Part shown: positions 18,812 to 31,200 of the stretch, piece after piece
How the letters are laid out: the number at the start of each line of letters is the position of its first letter
Position numbering within the stretch: position 1 is the first letter of the stretch
Assembly (NCBI RefSeq): GCF_004765795.1
Contig: NZ_SBIV01000004.1
Span: forward strand, 186,001 to 250,000
Direction: 5' to 3'
Source of the DNA: Halorussus marinus
GTDB lineage: Archaea; Halobacteriota; Halobacteria; Halobacteriales; Haladaptataceae
DNA length: 64,000 nt
Notes under the pieces: generated by a model
The model's input: only the letters and a program-made list of their open reading frames with translations
Told to the model about the DNA's origin: nothing
Databases searched by the model: none
Program-made: the position numbers and the translations under genes

Positions 18812-19686
18812 TAGAAATCGCCCTCCTTGAGTGCAGGCTCAGTGGCCTTCTCTACTGGCGCCGCGTCGTCGGCCGCCCATTCCGTCCACGACCCGTCGTA
18901 GTTGACAGCATCGACACCGAGGAGTTCCGAAAGAACGAACCACGTGATCGATGAGCGCTCCCCGATACGGCAATACGCGACCGTGGATCTGTCCGGGTCG
19001 ATGTACTCGCCGTAAATCTCTCGGAGTTCCGACTCTGACTTGAATGTGCCATCGGCGTTGACCGCTTTTCCCCACGGGACGTTTGCCGCGGTTGGAATGT
19101 GACCCTCGCGATCGGTGGTATTCGGGATCTCCGCTGGTGGCTTTTCACCACGGTACTCCTGTGGGTTTCGGACGTCGATAATCGGCCTGTCTCCGTCGAG
19201 ACTATCCATGATGTCTTCTTTGTACCCGCGGATGTCTTCGTTGGTCCCGTCGATCTCGTATTCGCGGGACGGGTACTCGACGTCGCCCTGCGTCTGTTCG
19301 TAGCCTTCGAGTCGCCAGTGCCGGCGGCCACCATCCAGCAACTGGATGTTGTCGTGCTGGTAGTAGTTAAGCACCCAGTAGGCGTGGCCGGCGAACCAGT
19401 TCGCTTGGTCGCCGTAGACGACGACCGTGGTGTCTCGCGTGATTCCCAGATCGCCGAACAATGATTCGGCCTCGCTCGGAGCAACGACGTTGCCGCCGAG
19501 CCCGTCGATGATGTCTTCTTCCCAGTCGATCTGCACGGCCCCCGGTATGTGCCAGTCGTCGTACACGTCCGGGTCCATATCGACTTCGACGAGCCGATAG
19601 TCGGGGTCGTCGGTCCGGAACCGGTCCAGGTGGTTACGAACCCATTCGGCCGATCGTACCGCGTCACTGTCGAGATGAGATGTCAC
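18811..19686 (-). CDS. Tandem-domain rhodanese / thiosulfate sulfurtransferase (CysA/TssA type)
   Basis: HIPGAV, LLDGG, GHIP, active-site YCRIGERSS and the NYDGSWTEW signature. Confidence 0.93.
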   Translation of the reverse strand: MTSHLDSDAVRSAEWVRNHLDRFRTDDPDYRLVEVDMDPDVYDDWHIPGAVQIDWEEDIIDGLGGNVVAPSEAESLFGDLGITRDTTVVVYGDQANWFAGHAYWVLNYYQHDNIQLLDGGRRHWRLEGYEQTQGDVEYPSREYEIDGTNEDIRGYKEDIMDSLDGDRPIIDVRNPQEYRGEKPPAEIPNTTDREGHIPTAANVPWGKAVNADGTFKSESELREIYGEYIDPDRSTVAYCRIGERSSITWFVLSELLGVDAVNYDGSWTEWAADDAAPVEKATEPALKEGDF

Positions 19687-19940
19687 AGGCAGAGATACTC
19701 AGTATCGGTACAAGTAACCGCCAACATCTTCTCAGAAAGTGAAAACTGCGTTCTTAATATTAATGCTCGTATTCTCATATACATAGTCGATCAACGAGCA
19801 CGCCCACCGTCCGACGCACAGTCCGATCTTTCCTCTGTGATTGCGCGAGTGCGATAATCGGGCGAGAGCACCAAGCCCAATAACAGCCGAGCCCGTCTCA
19901 GAAACCGTCCGGAATACGGAATCTGCGCTAACAACTACTG

Positions 19941-20468
19941 CTACAGTAGCCGGTACTCCCCGCGGCTCTCGGTGACCTCGCCACGGCGGACCAGTTTACC
20001 GAGCGCGTCACGGACGTAGTCGGCCGGGACGCCGCGCTCGTCGGCGTACGCGATCACCTCGTCTTCGGTCGGTCGGTCGAGCGCCCGGAGCGCGTCGAGG
20101 ACGGTGTCCTTGCGCGAGCGTCCCGAACCGGCCGTTCGGTTTTCGGCTCGCTCGCCGGCGGCCGCCACTTCGTCGGCGTCGATTCCCGAGGCTTCGAGGA
20201 ACGTCTCGTCGTCGACGACCGCCTCCTCAACGCGGGCCTCCATCTCCGAGAACGAGTCCAGTTGCGCGAACGACTCGCCCTCGCCTTGCCGGTTGGCGAG
20301 CATCGACGCCCGGACCTCCCGAGCGTGATCCTCGTCGTCGGTCTCGACGAACTTCTTTAGCTTCTCGAACTTCCTGCGCGTGCCACACCGCGGGCACTCG
20401 GTCGTCTCGGGCCGGCCCTCGACGAGCTTGAGCGCCCCGCAGTCGCTACAGCCGACGACGGCGTACAT
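19941..20468 (-). CDS. Zn-ribbon plus wHTH protein (DUF5817-like)
   Basis: MYAVVGCSDC...CPRCG and C-terminal LGKLVRRGEVTESRGEYRLL. Confidence 0.8.
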   Translation of the reverse strand: MYAVVGCSDCGALKLVEGRPETTECPRCGTRRKFEKLKKFVETDDEDHAREVRASMLANRQGEGESFAQLDSFSEMEARVEEAVVDDETFLEASGIDADEVAAAGERAENRTAGSGRSRKDTVLDALRALDRPTEDEVIAYADERGVPADYVRDALGKLVRRGEVTESRGEYRLL

Positions 20469-20683
20469 ACCTCTCCGTCGGGCGCGTTCGTACCTGAATC
20501 TTCGGGACCGCCCCCGGTCAGAGTCGACAGTCGAGGGAGAAAAGCGCCCGAACGCCGCGGGCGTGCTCGTGTCCGAACGACTACTCTCTTCGGGGCGTAT
20601 TTTAGGAATATAAGTGCGTACGCGTCCCACACGCGACGAAACGGCAGGCCTTTTATCCTCCTCGCTCGCACGTTTGAACGTTC

Positions 20684-21955
<1,272 letters not shown>

Positions 21956-22041
21956 ACCGTTTTCCGAGCGGTCGGTCGACGACGCCACGAACGGTTCCCG
22001 ACCGTCCACAGTCTCCGTTTTTTGGGGTTCGCGCCCGAGAG

Positions 22042-22380
22042 CTACTCCTGCCAGTCGGGGTTCTCGCGGGGCGGACTGAACACGTCGACGCCGGTCACCG
22101 GCTCGTCGCCGCGGTTCTCGGCGGCGTGGGGCTCCTCGCCCGGGATCGCATAGGAGTCGCCGTCGGTGACTTCGATCTCCTCGCCGTCGACGACGAACGT
22201 GAGCGTCCCGCCGGTGAGGTAGCCGGTCTGCTCGTGGGGGTGGTCGTGCTCGGGGACCGTCGCGCCGGGCTCGATACGGAAGTGCTGGACGTTCATCTCG
22301 TCGCCGCCCGCGAGGATCGAGAGGTGGACGCCCTCGACGGCCTCGGTCGATTCCTCCTCGTCTGTGGGTACGACTTCCAT
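22042..22380 (-). CDS. Cupin-domain protein
   Basis: PEHDHPHEQTG...GDSYAIPGEEPH cupin motifs and DVFSPPR. Confidence 0.88.
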   Translation of the reverse strand: MEVVPTDEEESTEAVEGVHLSILAGGDEMNVQHFRIEPGATVPEHDHPHEQTGYLTGGTLTFVVDGEEIEVTDGDSYAIPGEEPHAAENRGDEPVTGVDVFSPPRENPDWQE

Positions 22381-22447
22381 ACCGGCCCGACGCGGGCGAG
22401 CCACCTAAAGGTTCGAGTGGGGGCAAGGCCGAGTCCCGGCGAGGGAC

Positions 22448-22837
22448 TCACTCGACGGGTTCGCGCCAGTGGACCGTGACGGTGTTCACCGCGAAGCTGT
22501 CGTCGGTCGTCTCGTCGCGGACCACCCGTATCGCGTTGGTCCCCTCCCGGAGTTCGGCGTCGGTGAGCAGGTCCTCCCAGTACTGCCAGCCGTCGGCCGG
22601 CGGCAGGTCGAAGCCGCTCAGGGGCTCGCCGTTCACCTCGATCTCGTGGCCGTAGGCCCCGACGCGGAACGCCCGCAGACCGAGGTAGGCGTCGGTCGAG
22701 TCCGCGGTCGGAACCTCGAACTCGTACTCGGGCGTGGCGTCGCCCACGTAGTCGGCCCACGGCACGTCGATGGCTTCCCGGTTCGGGCCGAGGTGCGCGC
22801 TGACGGCCACCGGCGCGTAGTTTGCGCGGTAGGACAT
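22448..22837 (-). CDS. Conserved haloarchaeal hypothetical beta-sandwich protein
   Basis: 129-aa acidic ORF with typical codon usage, ending L.EG.N.IRV. Confidence 0.7.
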   Translation of the reverse strand: MSYRANYAPVAVSAHLGPNREAIDVPWADYVGDATPEYEFEVPTADSTDAYLGLRAFRVGAYGHEIEVNGEPLSGFDLPPADGWQYWEDLLTDAELREGTNAIRVVRDETTDDSFAVNTVTVHWREPVE

Positions 22838-22952
22838 GACAGGACCGACGCAGTCCGGCCACTAAATCGTGGGGGCCCGCCGACCCGACGCGGGCCGCCC
22901 GCCGAAATCCACAACAGTTGAGTACCCCGACTGAGCACCGCCGGCACCGTCG

Positions 22953-23417
22953 ATGTCCCTCCCGCTCGACTGGCTCGTGGCCGCCGTCGTCGGCCTCGGC
23001 GCGCTCGCGGTCGGGGTCTGTGCCCACGAGCTCCTCCACGTCGTCCCGCTTCGGCTCCTCGGCGCGGACTACACCGTCACGCTCCTGCCGGGCGAAGCCA
23101 GCACCGAGACTCCCGCGCTCGCCGCGCTCCCCGACGCTCTCTCCGGGGGACTCGTCCGAGTCGAGGTCACCGATCTGCCGCCCGACGCCCCGGAGTGGGC
23201 GGTCCGGGTCGCCGCCGCGCTCCCGGTCGTGCTGGCGCTCCCGCTCGTGCTGGCCGCCGCGGGCGTCCTCCCCGACCCGACCGCGACCGGCGACCGCGTG
23301 GGAACCGCCCTCCTCGTCGCGGCGGGCGCGAGCGGCCTCCCGAGCCCGGCCGACTGGTCGGTGGTCTGGCACGGCGCGGCGGGCTACCGGGCGTCCGGCG
23401 CCGACCCGTCCGAATGA
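22953..23417 (+). CDS. Membrane protein with an HExxH motif (putative zincin-like metalloprotease)
   Basis: TM helix ending in AHELLH, further TM helices and a distal SPADW. Confidence 0.65.
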   Translation: MSLPLDWLVAAVVGLGALAVGVCAHELLHVVPLRLLGADYTVTLLPGEASTETPALAALPDALSGGLVRVEVTDLPPDAPEWAVRVAAALPVVLALPLVLAAAGVLPDPTATGDRVGTALLVAAGASGLPSPADWSVVWHGAAGYRASGADPSE

Positions 23418-23453
23418 GAAACCCGTTTACCGCCCGAACCCCACGGATCAGAT

Positions 23454-24776
23454 ATGACCATCCTCGCCGACGCCCGCCGGGTCATCGAGAACGGCCCGGT
23501 GTGTGAGGCCTGCCTCGGTCGGTGTTTCGCCGACCGGAGCTTCGGACTGACGAACCGCGAGCGCGGCTCGGCCCTCCGGGTCGCGGTCGCGCTGGAGGAC
23601 GACGACCCCTACGAGGAGCCGGGCGCGGAGTGTTGGGTCTGTGAGGGCGAGAGCCGGCGGTTCGACGCGTGGGCCCAGACGGTCGCCGACGCGCTGGAGG
23701 GCTGGTCGTTCGACACCTACCAGGTCGGCACCCGGACGCCCCCGCTGGTCGAGGAAAACGAGGTCCTGCTCCGGGAGTCTGCGGGCCTCCCCGAGGACGC
23801 CGGCGAGCTGTTCAAATCGGAGTTCAACCGCGAGGTCGGCAAGCGCGTCGGCCGGCTCACCGACACCGAGGTCGACTTCGAGCGTCCCGACGTGCTGGCG
23901 CTCCTGAACGTCGACCCCGAGCGCGAGGAGATCTCCGAGCACGCCGTCGAGGTGCAGGTGAACTCGGCGTTCGTCTACGGCCGGTACCGGAAGCTCGAAC
24001 GCGACATCCCCCAGACGGAGTGGCCCTGCCGGGAGTGTGGGGGCTCGGGCAAACAGCTCGCGAGCGACGGCGGCGAGGAACCCTGCGAGTACTGTGGCGG
24101 GTCGGGGTACCTCTACGACGAGAGCGTCGAGGAGCTCACCACGCCGCCGGTCCGTGAGGCGATGGACGGCGAGGAGGCGCTTTTCCACGGCGCGGGCCGC
24201 GAGGACGTCGACGCGCTGATGCTCGACACCGGCCGGCCGTTCGTGATCGAGGTCAAACAGCCCCGAGTCCGGAGCGTCGACACCGACGCGCTCGAAGCCG
24301 AGATCAACGAGTTCGCCGACGGGAAGGCCGAGGTCACCGACCTCGCGCTGGCGACCCACGAGATGGTCGAGCGCGTCAAGGAACTCGACGCCTCGAAGAC
24401 CTACCGGATGGACGTCGCGTTCGACGACGACGTGACCGAGCCGGCCCTCGAGGAGGCGCTCGCGGAGCTCGACGGGACGACGGTCGAGCAGGACACGCCT
24501 AACCGCGTCGACCACCGGCGCGCGAGCAAGACCCGGACCCGGACCGTCTACGACATCTCCGGCGACCTCGAAGGGCCGCGCCGCGCCGAACTACGGATCC
24601 ACGGCGAGGGCGGCCTCTACGTCAAAGAGCTCGTGAGCGGCGACGAGGGCCGGACCACCCCGAGCCTCGCGGGCCTGCTCGGGGTCGGGGCGGAGGTCAC
24701 CGCGCTCGACGTGCTGGCTGTCGAGGGAGAGGACGAGCCCTTCGCCGACCCCGAGTACCTCCGAGAGGCGATCTGA
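23454..24776 (+). CDS. pus10: tRNA pseudouridine(54/55) synthase Pus10
   Basis: CEACLGR Zn site, YGRYRKLERDIPQT, FHGAGREDVDA (catalytic Asp) and GGLYVKEL. Confidence 0.96.
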   Translation: MTILADARRVIENGPVCEACLGRCFADRSFGLTNRERGSALRVAVALEDDDPYEEPGAECWVCEGESRRFDAWAQTVADALEGWSFDTYQVGTRTPPLVEENEVLLRESAGLPEDAGELFKSEFNREVGKRVGRLTDTEVDFERPDVLALLNVDPEREEISEHAVEVQVNSAFVYGRYRKLERDIPQTEWPCRECGGSGKQLASDGGEEPCEYCGGSGYLYDESVEELTTPPVREAMDGEEALFHGAGREDVDALMLDTGRPFVIEVKQPRVRSVDTDALEAEINEFADGKAEVTDLALATHEMVERVKELDASKTYRMDVAFDDDVTEPALEEALAELDGTTVEQDTPNRVDHRRASKTRTRTVYDISGDLEGPRRAELRIHGEGGLYVKELVSGDEGRTTPSLAGLLGVGAEVTALDVLAVEGEDEPFADPEYLREAI

Positions 24777-25117
24777 CGCCGGCGACAGCGACTCTCGGCG
24801 TGGCGACTGACGACGAACGCGATCGGTTCCGACCCGACCGCGACCCCGGTACGCGGAGCCTAACTGCCTTTTCTCTGTCTCTGTGGGCGTGTAGCGGCCG
24901 GTACCCGTCGACGCACGGACGATCCCCGACCGCTCTCGGTTCGAGACGTTTCGTCTGCTCGACCCCGATTCCGTCGGTCGTTCGGTCGCTGTCAGTCCCC
25001 GCCTGAAACGACGTAGGAGCTCCTTGTGTGGCGCTCTCTGTCGTCCAGATATCACACAGCCGACTCATAACAAAGTCGGTACGTGTCGGCTCGGTGGACG
25101 ATGGCACCGTATCGGCC

Positions 25118-25187
25118 GTTAGGCCCCGAGAAACGGAAGTTAAGCTCGGTCGGAGCGACGTTAGCTCTCGTTTTGTCGTCAGTTAGC
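25118..25187 (+). promoter_or_regulatory. Candidate promoter of the surface-protein operon, with four phased GTTA(G/A) motifs
   Basis: GTTAGG at 25118, GTTAAG at 25139, GTTAGC at 25160 and GTTAGC at 25182 (spacing 21/21/22 bp); gaaacggaagTTAAG resembles BRE-TATA; SD-like GGGAGG precedes the ATG at 25287. Confidence 0.4.
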
Positions 25188-25286
25188 CGCCTCGTACGCG
25201 TGGCGGCGCGGGGACGCGAAACCGGCGGCCGGTCGGCGCCCGCACAGACACATGAGTCCACACACACCACGAGCGGGAGGCGTCGG

Positions 25287-28200
25287 ATGAACAGTACGCG
25301 AAACGCGGCTCGGTTGCTTGCAGTCGTCTTCTCGGTGTTGCTGGTGACGTCGGCGGCCGGGGGCGGCGCGCTGTCGGTCATCGGGACCGCGCAAGCACAG
25401 GAGGCCAGCGACGTGTTGTATCGCGTGAACGCGGGCGGCGACGCGGTGGAATCGCCGAGCGGTCCCGACTGGTCGGGGACCGGCGACCAGTACGTGACCG
25501 GCGGATCCGCGTACGGGGACTACTCGGGGACCGTCTCTCTCGACGGCTCGGTCCCGGCGGGGACGCCCACGGAGATATTCGGCACCGAAGTGTACGGCGA
25601 CCAGCAGTGGACCTTCTCGGAGAACGTCCAGAGCGACCAGCAGTACGAGGTCCGCCTGTACTTCGCCGAGGTCTACCACGGCGTGTCCAACGATAACGGA
25701 GCGGGCGCGCGCGTCTTCGACGTCGCCATCGAAGACGAGACGGCACTGAGCGCCTACGACATCTTCGAGGAGGTCGGCGCGGAGACCGGCGTGATGAAGT
25801 CGTTCACGGTCACCCCCTCGGACGGCTCCATCGACGTCAACTTCACGACGATCGAAGACAACGCGAAGGTCTCGGCCATCGAGATCGTCGAATCCGAACC
25901 GGAGCCGAACGCGCTCGGCGGGCCCTCGAACGTCGACTTCGGAACCGTCCTCACGGGCGAGTCGGCGACCGAGACGGTCACGGTCACGAACCTCGGCGAC
26001 GACGGCGACCCGGCGATCGACGTTTCGGGCGTCTCGGTCACCGGCGCGGACGCCGACGCGTTCTCGGTCGGGTCGGCGTCCCAGACGACGCTCGCCCCCG
26101 GCGAGTCTGCCGACCTGCCGGTGACGTTCTCGCCCGCGGACGCGCAGGCGAAGCAGGCCACGCTCGAAGTCGCCCACACCGGCGACGACTCCCCGCTGGC
26201 GATCGACCTCGCCGGCGAGGGTGCGAGCTCGGCGAACCCCGCGTTCTCGAAGAGCACCTTGCAGGGGTTCAGCGCGGGTAGTCCGACGGCCGTCGACTTC
26301 GGTCCCGACGGTCGGGCGTACGTCTCCACGCAGGGCGGGACGGTCTACGCGCTGAACGTCACCCGGACCGGCGAGAACAGCTACGCGGTCGAAAACGAGG
26401 TCGAGATCGGCGCGATCGAGGCGATTCCGAACCACGACGACGCCGGCGACTACACCCCCGGCGAGACCGACCGCCAGATCACGGGGCTGACGGCCGCCGG
26501 AACCGCCGACCAGCCGGTCGTCTACGTCTCCTCGTCGGACCCCTCGATCGACGTCGGGCAAGACGACGACGACACCGACACCAACTCCGGGGCGATCTCC
26601 CGGCTGACGCTCACGCCGGGGAGCGACGGCGTGCTCCAGACCGGCGAGATCGACCACGACGTGCTGGTGATGGGCCTGCCTCGCTCCGAGGAGAACCACG
26701 CCACCAACGGTCTGGACCTCTCGGCGGACGGCGAGACGCTGTACGTCGCCCAGGGCGGCCACACCAACAAGGGCGCGCCCGGCGACAACTTCGGCCACAC
26801 GCCCGAGTACGCGCTCTCGGCCGCGATCCTCGAGATCGACCTCGCCCAGATCGAGGCCGAGTATCAGGCCAAGAACCTCCAGAGCTACGACCCACAGGGC
26901 GCCAGCCAGTCGTACCCCGATCTGGAGTTCTACTACGCCGTTCCGACGATTCAGAACGACGACGCCACCGACGGCGACGACCTGCCGTTCGGCGGCAACG
27001 ACGGGATCAATCAGGCGAAACTCGTCGAGGGCAGTCCGGTTCAGATCTACTCGCCGGGCTACCGGAACCCCTACGATCTGGTCGTGACCCAGACCGGACA
27101 GGTGTACGCCGCGGATCACGGGCCAAACGGCGGCTGGGGCGGTCAGCCGGCCGACGCGGACGGCGCCGTCACGGCCGACGCCGCGTCGGTGACCAACCAC
27201 CCCAACGAGGCCGGTAGCTTCTCGACCAGCGACCAGCTCGCGAAGGTCGACGAGGGCGACTACGGCGGACACGCCGCGCCGATCCGGGCGAACCCGACCG
27301 GCGCGGACATCTACGACGCCGACGGGGAGATGGTGTTCGACATCACCGAGTCGAACTCCCCCGTGGCGCCGAGTCAGGTGAACCCGGTGGAGGCCGACTA
27401 CATTCCGCCGACCGGCGGCTCGCCCGACCCGGGCGCTCCCGCGGGCACCGCCAACACGATGGAGTTCGAAGACGGCCAGCACGTCCTCTTCGGCCCGACG
27501 GGCGGTCTCGACGAGTACACAGCCTCGAACTTCGGCGGCGCGATGGCGGGCGACCTCCTCCAAGTCGAGCTCAGCGGCGACGTCGAGCGCGTCGAACTGA
27601 GCGCCGACGGCGAGACGGTCGTGAACGTCGAGACCATCTTCAACACCGGCGGCCCGCTCGGGATCGACGCGGTCGGCGACGACGGCCCGTTCCCGGGCAC
27701 CGTCTGGACCGCGAACCACGGCGGCAACGACGTCACCGTCTTCGAGCCGGTCGACTACGGCGACACCGGTGGCGGCGACGGCGAGCAGTGTACCGGCGCC
27801 GACGACGCGACACTCGACGAGGACGGCGACGGCTACGACAACGCAGACGAGATCGACGCGGGCTCGGACCCGTGCTCGGCGGCCTCGACGCCCGCAGACT
27901 TCGACGGCGACGGGACCTCGAACCTCAACGACCCCGACGACGACGGCGACGGGCTCGACGACACCGAGGACCCGTTCGCGCTCGACCCGGCAAACGGCCT
28001 CGAGACGACCCCGCCGGTCCAGCACGACCTCTCGGAGCTCAGCCTGTTCGGCGAGAACGGGCAGGGCTGGACGGGGCTGATGACCAACGGGAGCGACTAC
28101 CGGGAGCGCTACGACCCGACCCAGATGACGGTCGGCGGCGCAGCCGAGGTCCTGACGGTCGAGGGCGTGCCCGCGGGCGACGCCTACGCGGACACGAACA

Positions 28201-31200
28201 CCCAGCAGTACGGGTTCCAGTTCGGCGTCGACCCGCCCGCGGAACCGTTCGTCGTCGAGACGACGGTCGCCTCCTTCCCGGAGAATCCCGAGGACTTCCA
28301 GTCGGCCGGCGTGTTCGTCGGCACCGGCGACCAGTCGAACTACGTCAAGCTCGTCGCCGCGGCCAACGGCGGCGACGGCGGCGTCGAGTTCGCGCAGGAA
28401 GTCGGCGACGAGTTCGAGGGGGAGATGACCGACGAGAGCGCGGTCACGGGGAACGACGTCACGCTCGGGCTGACGGTCGACCCGACGACCGACCCGGCGC
28501 CGGACAACGATATCGACGAGGTCGCTGTGACAGCCGAGTACGAGGTCGACGGGACGACCGCCGAGGTCGGAACCGCCGCGATGCCGGCGAACTGGCTCGA
28601 CACCGCGGACGGCGTCGCGCCCGCGGTCGGCGTCGTCTCGACGTCGAACGGTGCGAGTTCGACGTTCGACGCGACGTGGACCGATATCTCGGTCGAGTAC
28701 GTGACCCCGCCGAACGAGGCTCCCGGCGCCGCGTTCACCTACTCGCCGAGCCAGCCGACCGCGACCGAACAGGTGGCCTTCGACGCGTCGGGATCGAGCG
28801 ACGCCGACGGCTCGATCGCGAGCTACGAGTGGGACTTCGACGGCGACGGCGAGACCGACGCGACCGGCCAGAGCGTCACCCACGCGTTCGACGCGGCGGG
28901 CGAGTACGACGCGACCCTGACCGTCACCGACGACGAGGGCGCGACGAACGCGACGATCAAGACCGTCGCGGTGGCCGAGCCGGAGACCGAGACGCTCGCG
29001 GAGGCGGTCGCGAGCTACGGCGAGGACGACGACTCGACGATCAGTCTGGCGGAGATCCAGACCGCCATCAACTGGTGGTCGACCGGTGCAGAAGTGCCCA
29101 ACACCGGCGGGGAGACGTTCTCGCTTGAGGAGATCCAGCAGTTGATCAACCTCTGGTCGACCGGCGCGACCGTCGGCGACGGGTCCGACGGCGGAAGCGA
29201 GCAGACCGGCTCCGCGCTGGTCGAGATCACGCCCGACTCGGGCGTCGAGACCAGCACCTACGGCGGCGATACCTATCAGGTCACCAACACCGGCGAGAAG
29301 AACATCACGTCGGTGTCGTTCGACCTGAGCAGTTCGTCCCTTCCCGACATGGTGTTCGACCCGCAGGGCACCGCGGGCGATCCGACCGGCGAGGGGCTCA
29401 ACGTCGCCAGCGACGGCGGTACCGGGATCGTCACCGAACCCGGCACGGGCGAGGCGTTCGCCGCGCCGCACAACGGCCAGAACGCCGACGACGGCTACGA
29501 CGTGATGACCGTCGAGTTCGACGACTTCGAGCCGGGCGAACAGGCGACCTTCTGGGCCGACAACGACCCGACCACGATCAAAGGCGCGACGATCGCCTCC
29601 CAAGAGGCCGGCCCGGTTTCGGGGCTCGAACTCGCGCGCTCGACCGTGACGGTGACGTACGCCGACGGGACGACCCAGACCACCCAGCTGATGGGCGACG
29701 GGAGCGCCGGCGGCGCGACCGCCGTCGTGAACGCCACCGAGGCCCCCGCGCCGACCGTCGACGTGGCGGGCGTCTCGCTCGACGACGCCGCGCTCGAGGA
29801 CTACCACAGCGCGGCGACCGTCTCGGAGGCGAGCCAGACCGTGGCGGTCTCGGGCCAACCCGGCGAGACGGTCACGCTGGTCCGGGTCGAGGCCGAACTC
29901 GCGCTGAGTAACGTCCCGGACGCCGACGGCGACGGCGAGCCGGGGTACGACGTCGAACCCTACGAGGCGAACAACGCCCAGAACGTCGCGTACTACACGG
30001 CGACGATCGGGTCCGACGGGACCGCGACGATCCCGGTGACGCTGACGAACACGACCGGGGACGGCGACGACGCGGGCTACAACTACTTCGTGGCCGCCCA
30101 CGGCGAGGCCGCCGGCGACATGGGGCTCGCGTCCGACGTGGTCGTGCTGAAGTACGACCAGAACGCCGGCGACGGCGGCGACGCCGGCGGTGGCGGCGAC
30201 ACCGTGTTCGCGCTGAACGCCGGCGGCTCGGCGTACACCGCCGCCGACGGGACGGTGTACCAGGCCGACACCAACTTCGACGGCGGCACCGCGTACGATA
30301 CGACCGAGCAGATCGGCGACACGCAAGACGACCCGCTGTACCAGACCGAGCGGTACGGAAACTTCACCTACGACGTCCCGCTCGAGGACGGCGAGTACGA
30401 GGTCACCCTGCAGTTCGCCGAGATCTTCCAGGGCGTCGCGGCGAGCGACTCGCCCGACTCGACCGGGCCGACCGACGGCACGAACGAGAACGACCGCGTG
30501 TTCGACGCCTCGATCGAGGGCGAGGAGGTCCTGTCGAACTACGACATCTTCGCGGAGGTCGGGCCGCTGAACGCGACCGAGGAGACGTTCACCGCGACCG
30601 TCTCGGACGGCGAACTGTCAGTCGAGTTCAGCACCGTCTACGACAACGCGAAGGTGAGCGCGATCGAGGTCGCCGAGGTCGACGACGGCTCCGCCACCAA
30701 CGCCGCGCCGACGATCGACTCGATCGCAGACCAGACGCTCACCGTGGGCGACTCGACGACCGTTCCGGTGAGCGCCGACGACGCCGACGGCGACGACGTG
30801 TCGGTGTCGGTGACCGGCCCGGACTTCCTCACGCTCGCGAACGGTGAACTGACCGTCGCCCCGCAATCGGGCGACGCCGGCACGTACACCGTCGACGTCA
30901 CCGCCGCCGACGGTAACGGCGGAACGGCGACCGAGACGTTTCAGGTGACCGTCGAGCAAGCGGCCGGCGGCGACGCCAGCTCGGCCGACTTCGCGGTCAA
31001 CACCGGCGGCGCCATCGACGCGAGCACGTACGGCGCGGGCTCGTTCGAGATCACCAACACCGGCGACGGGCAGATCGCGTCGGTCACCTACGACCTGAGC
31101 TCCGCGGCGTTCCCCGACGTAGTGTTCGATCCCGAGGGGACCGCGGGCGACTCGGGCGCAAAGGGCTTCACGCCCGACGGCGGCGCGAGCGCGGTCGACC

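Larger units (their letters stand above)
16400..19940. other. Lower-GC accessory island (boundaries approximate)
   Basis: Visibly more A/T and frequent GAA/GAT/ATT codons compared with the flanking genes; contains three genes; no flanking repeats seen. Confidence 0.7.

Noticed and set aside
24025..24110. DnaJ-like CxxCGGSG pair inside Pus10 as a novel insertion
   Set aside because: A Cys-rich segment at this position is, to my knowledge, a normal feature of archaeal Pus10.
25083..25286. N-terminal extension of the giant protein (likewise the extended track starts for carB, infB, trkH, map and pgi)
   Set aside because: Downstream ATGs fit the signal peptide or family N-termini and have better SD or TATA spacing.
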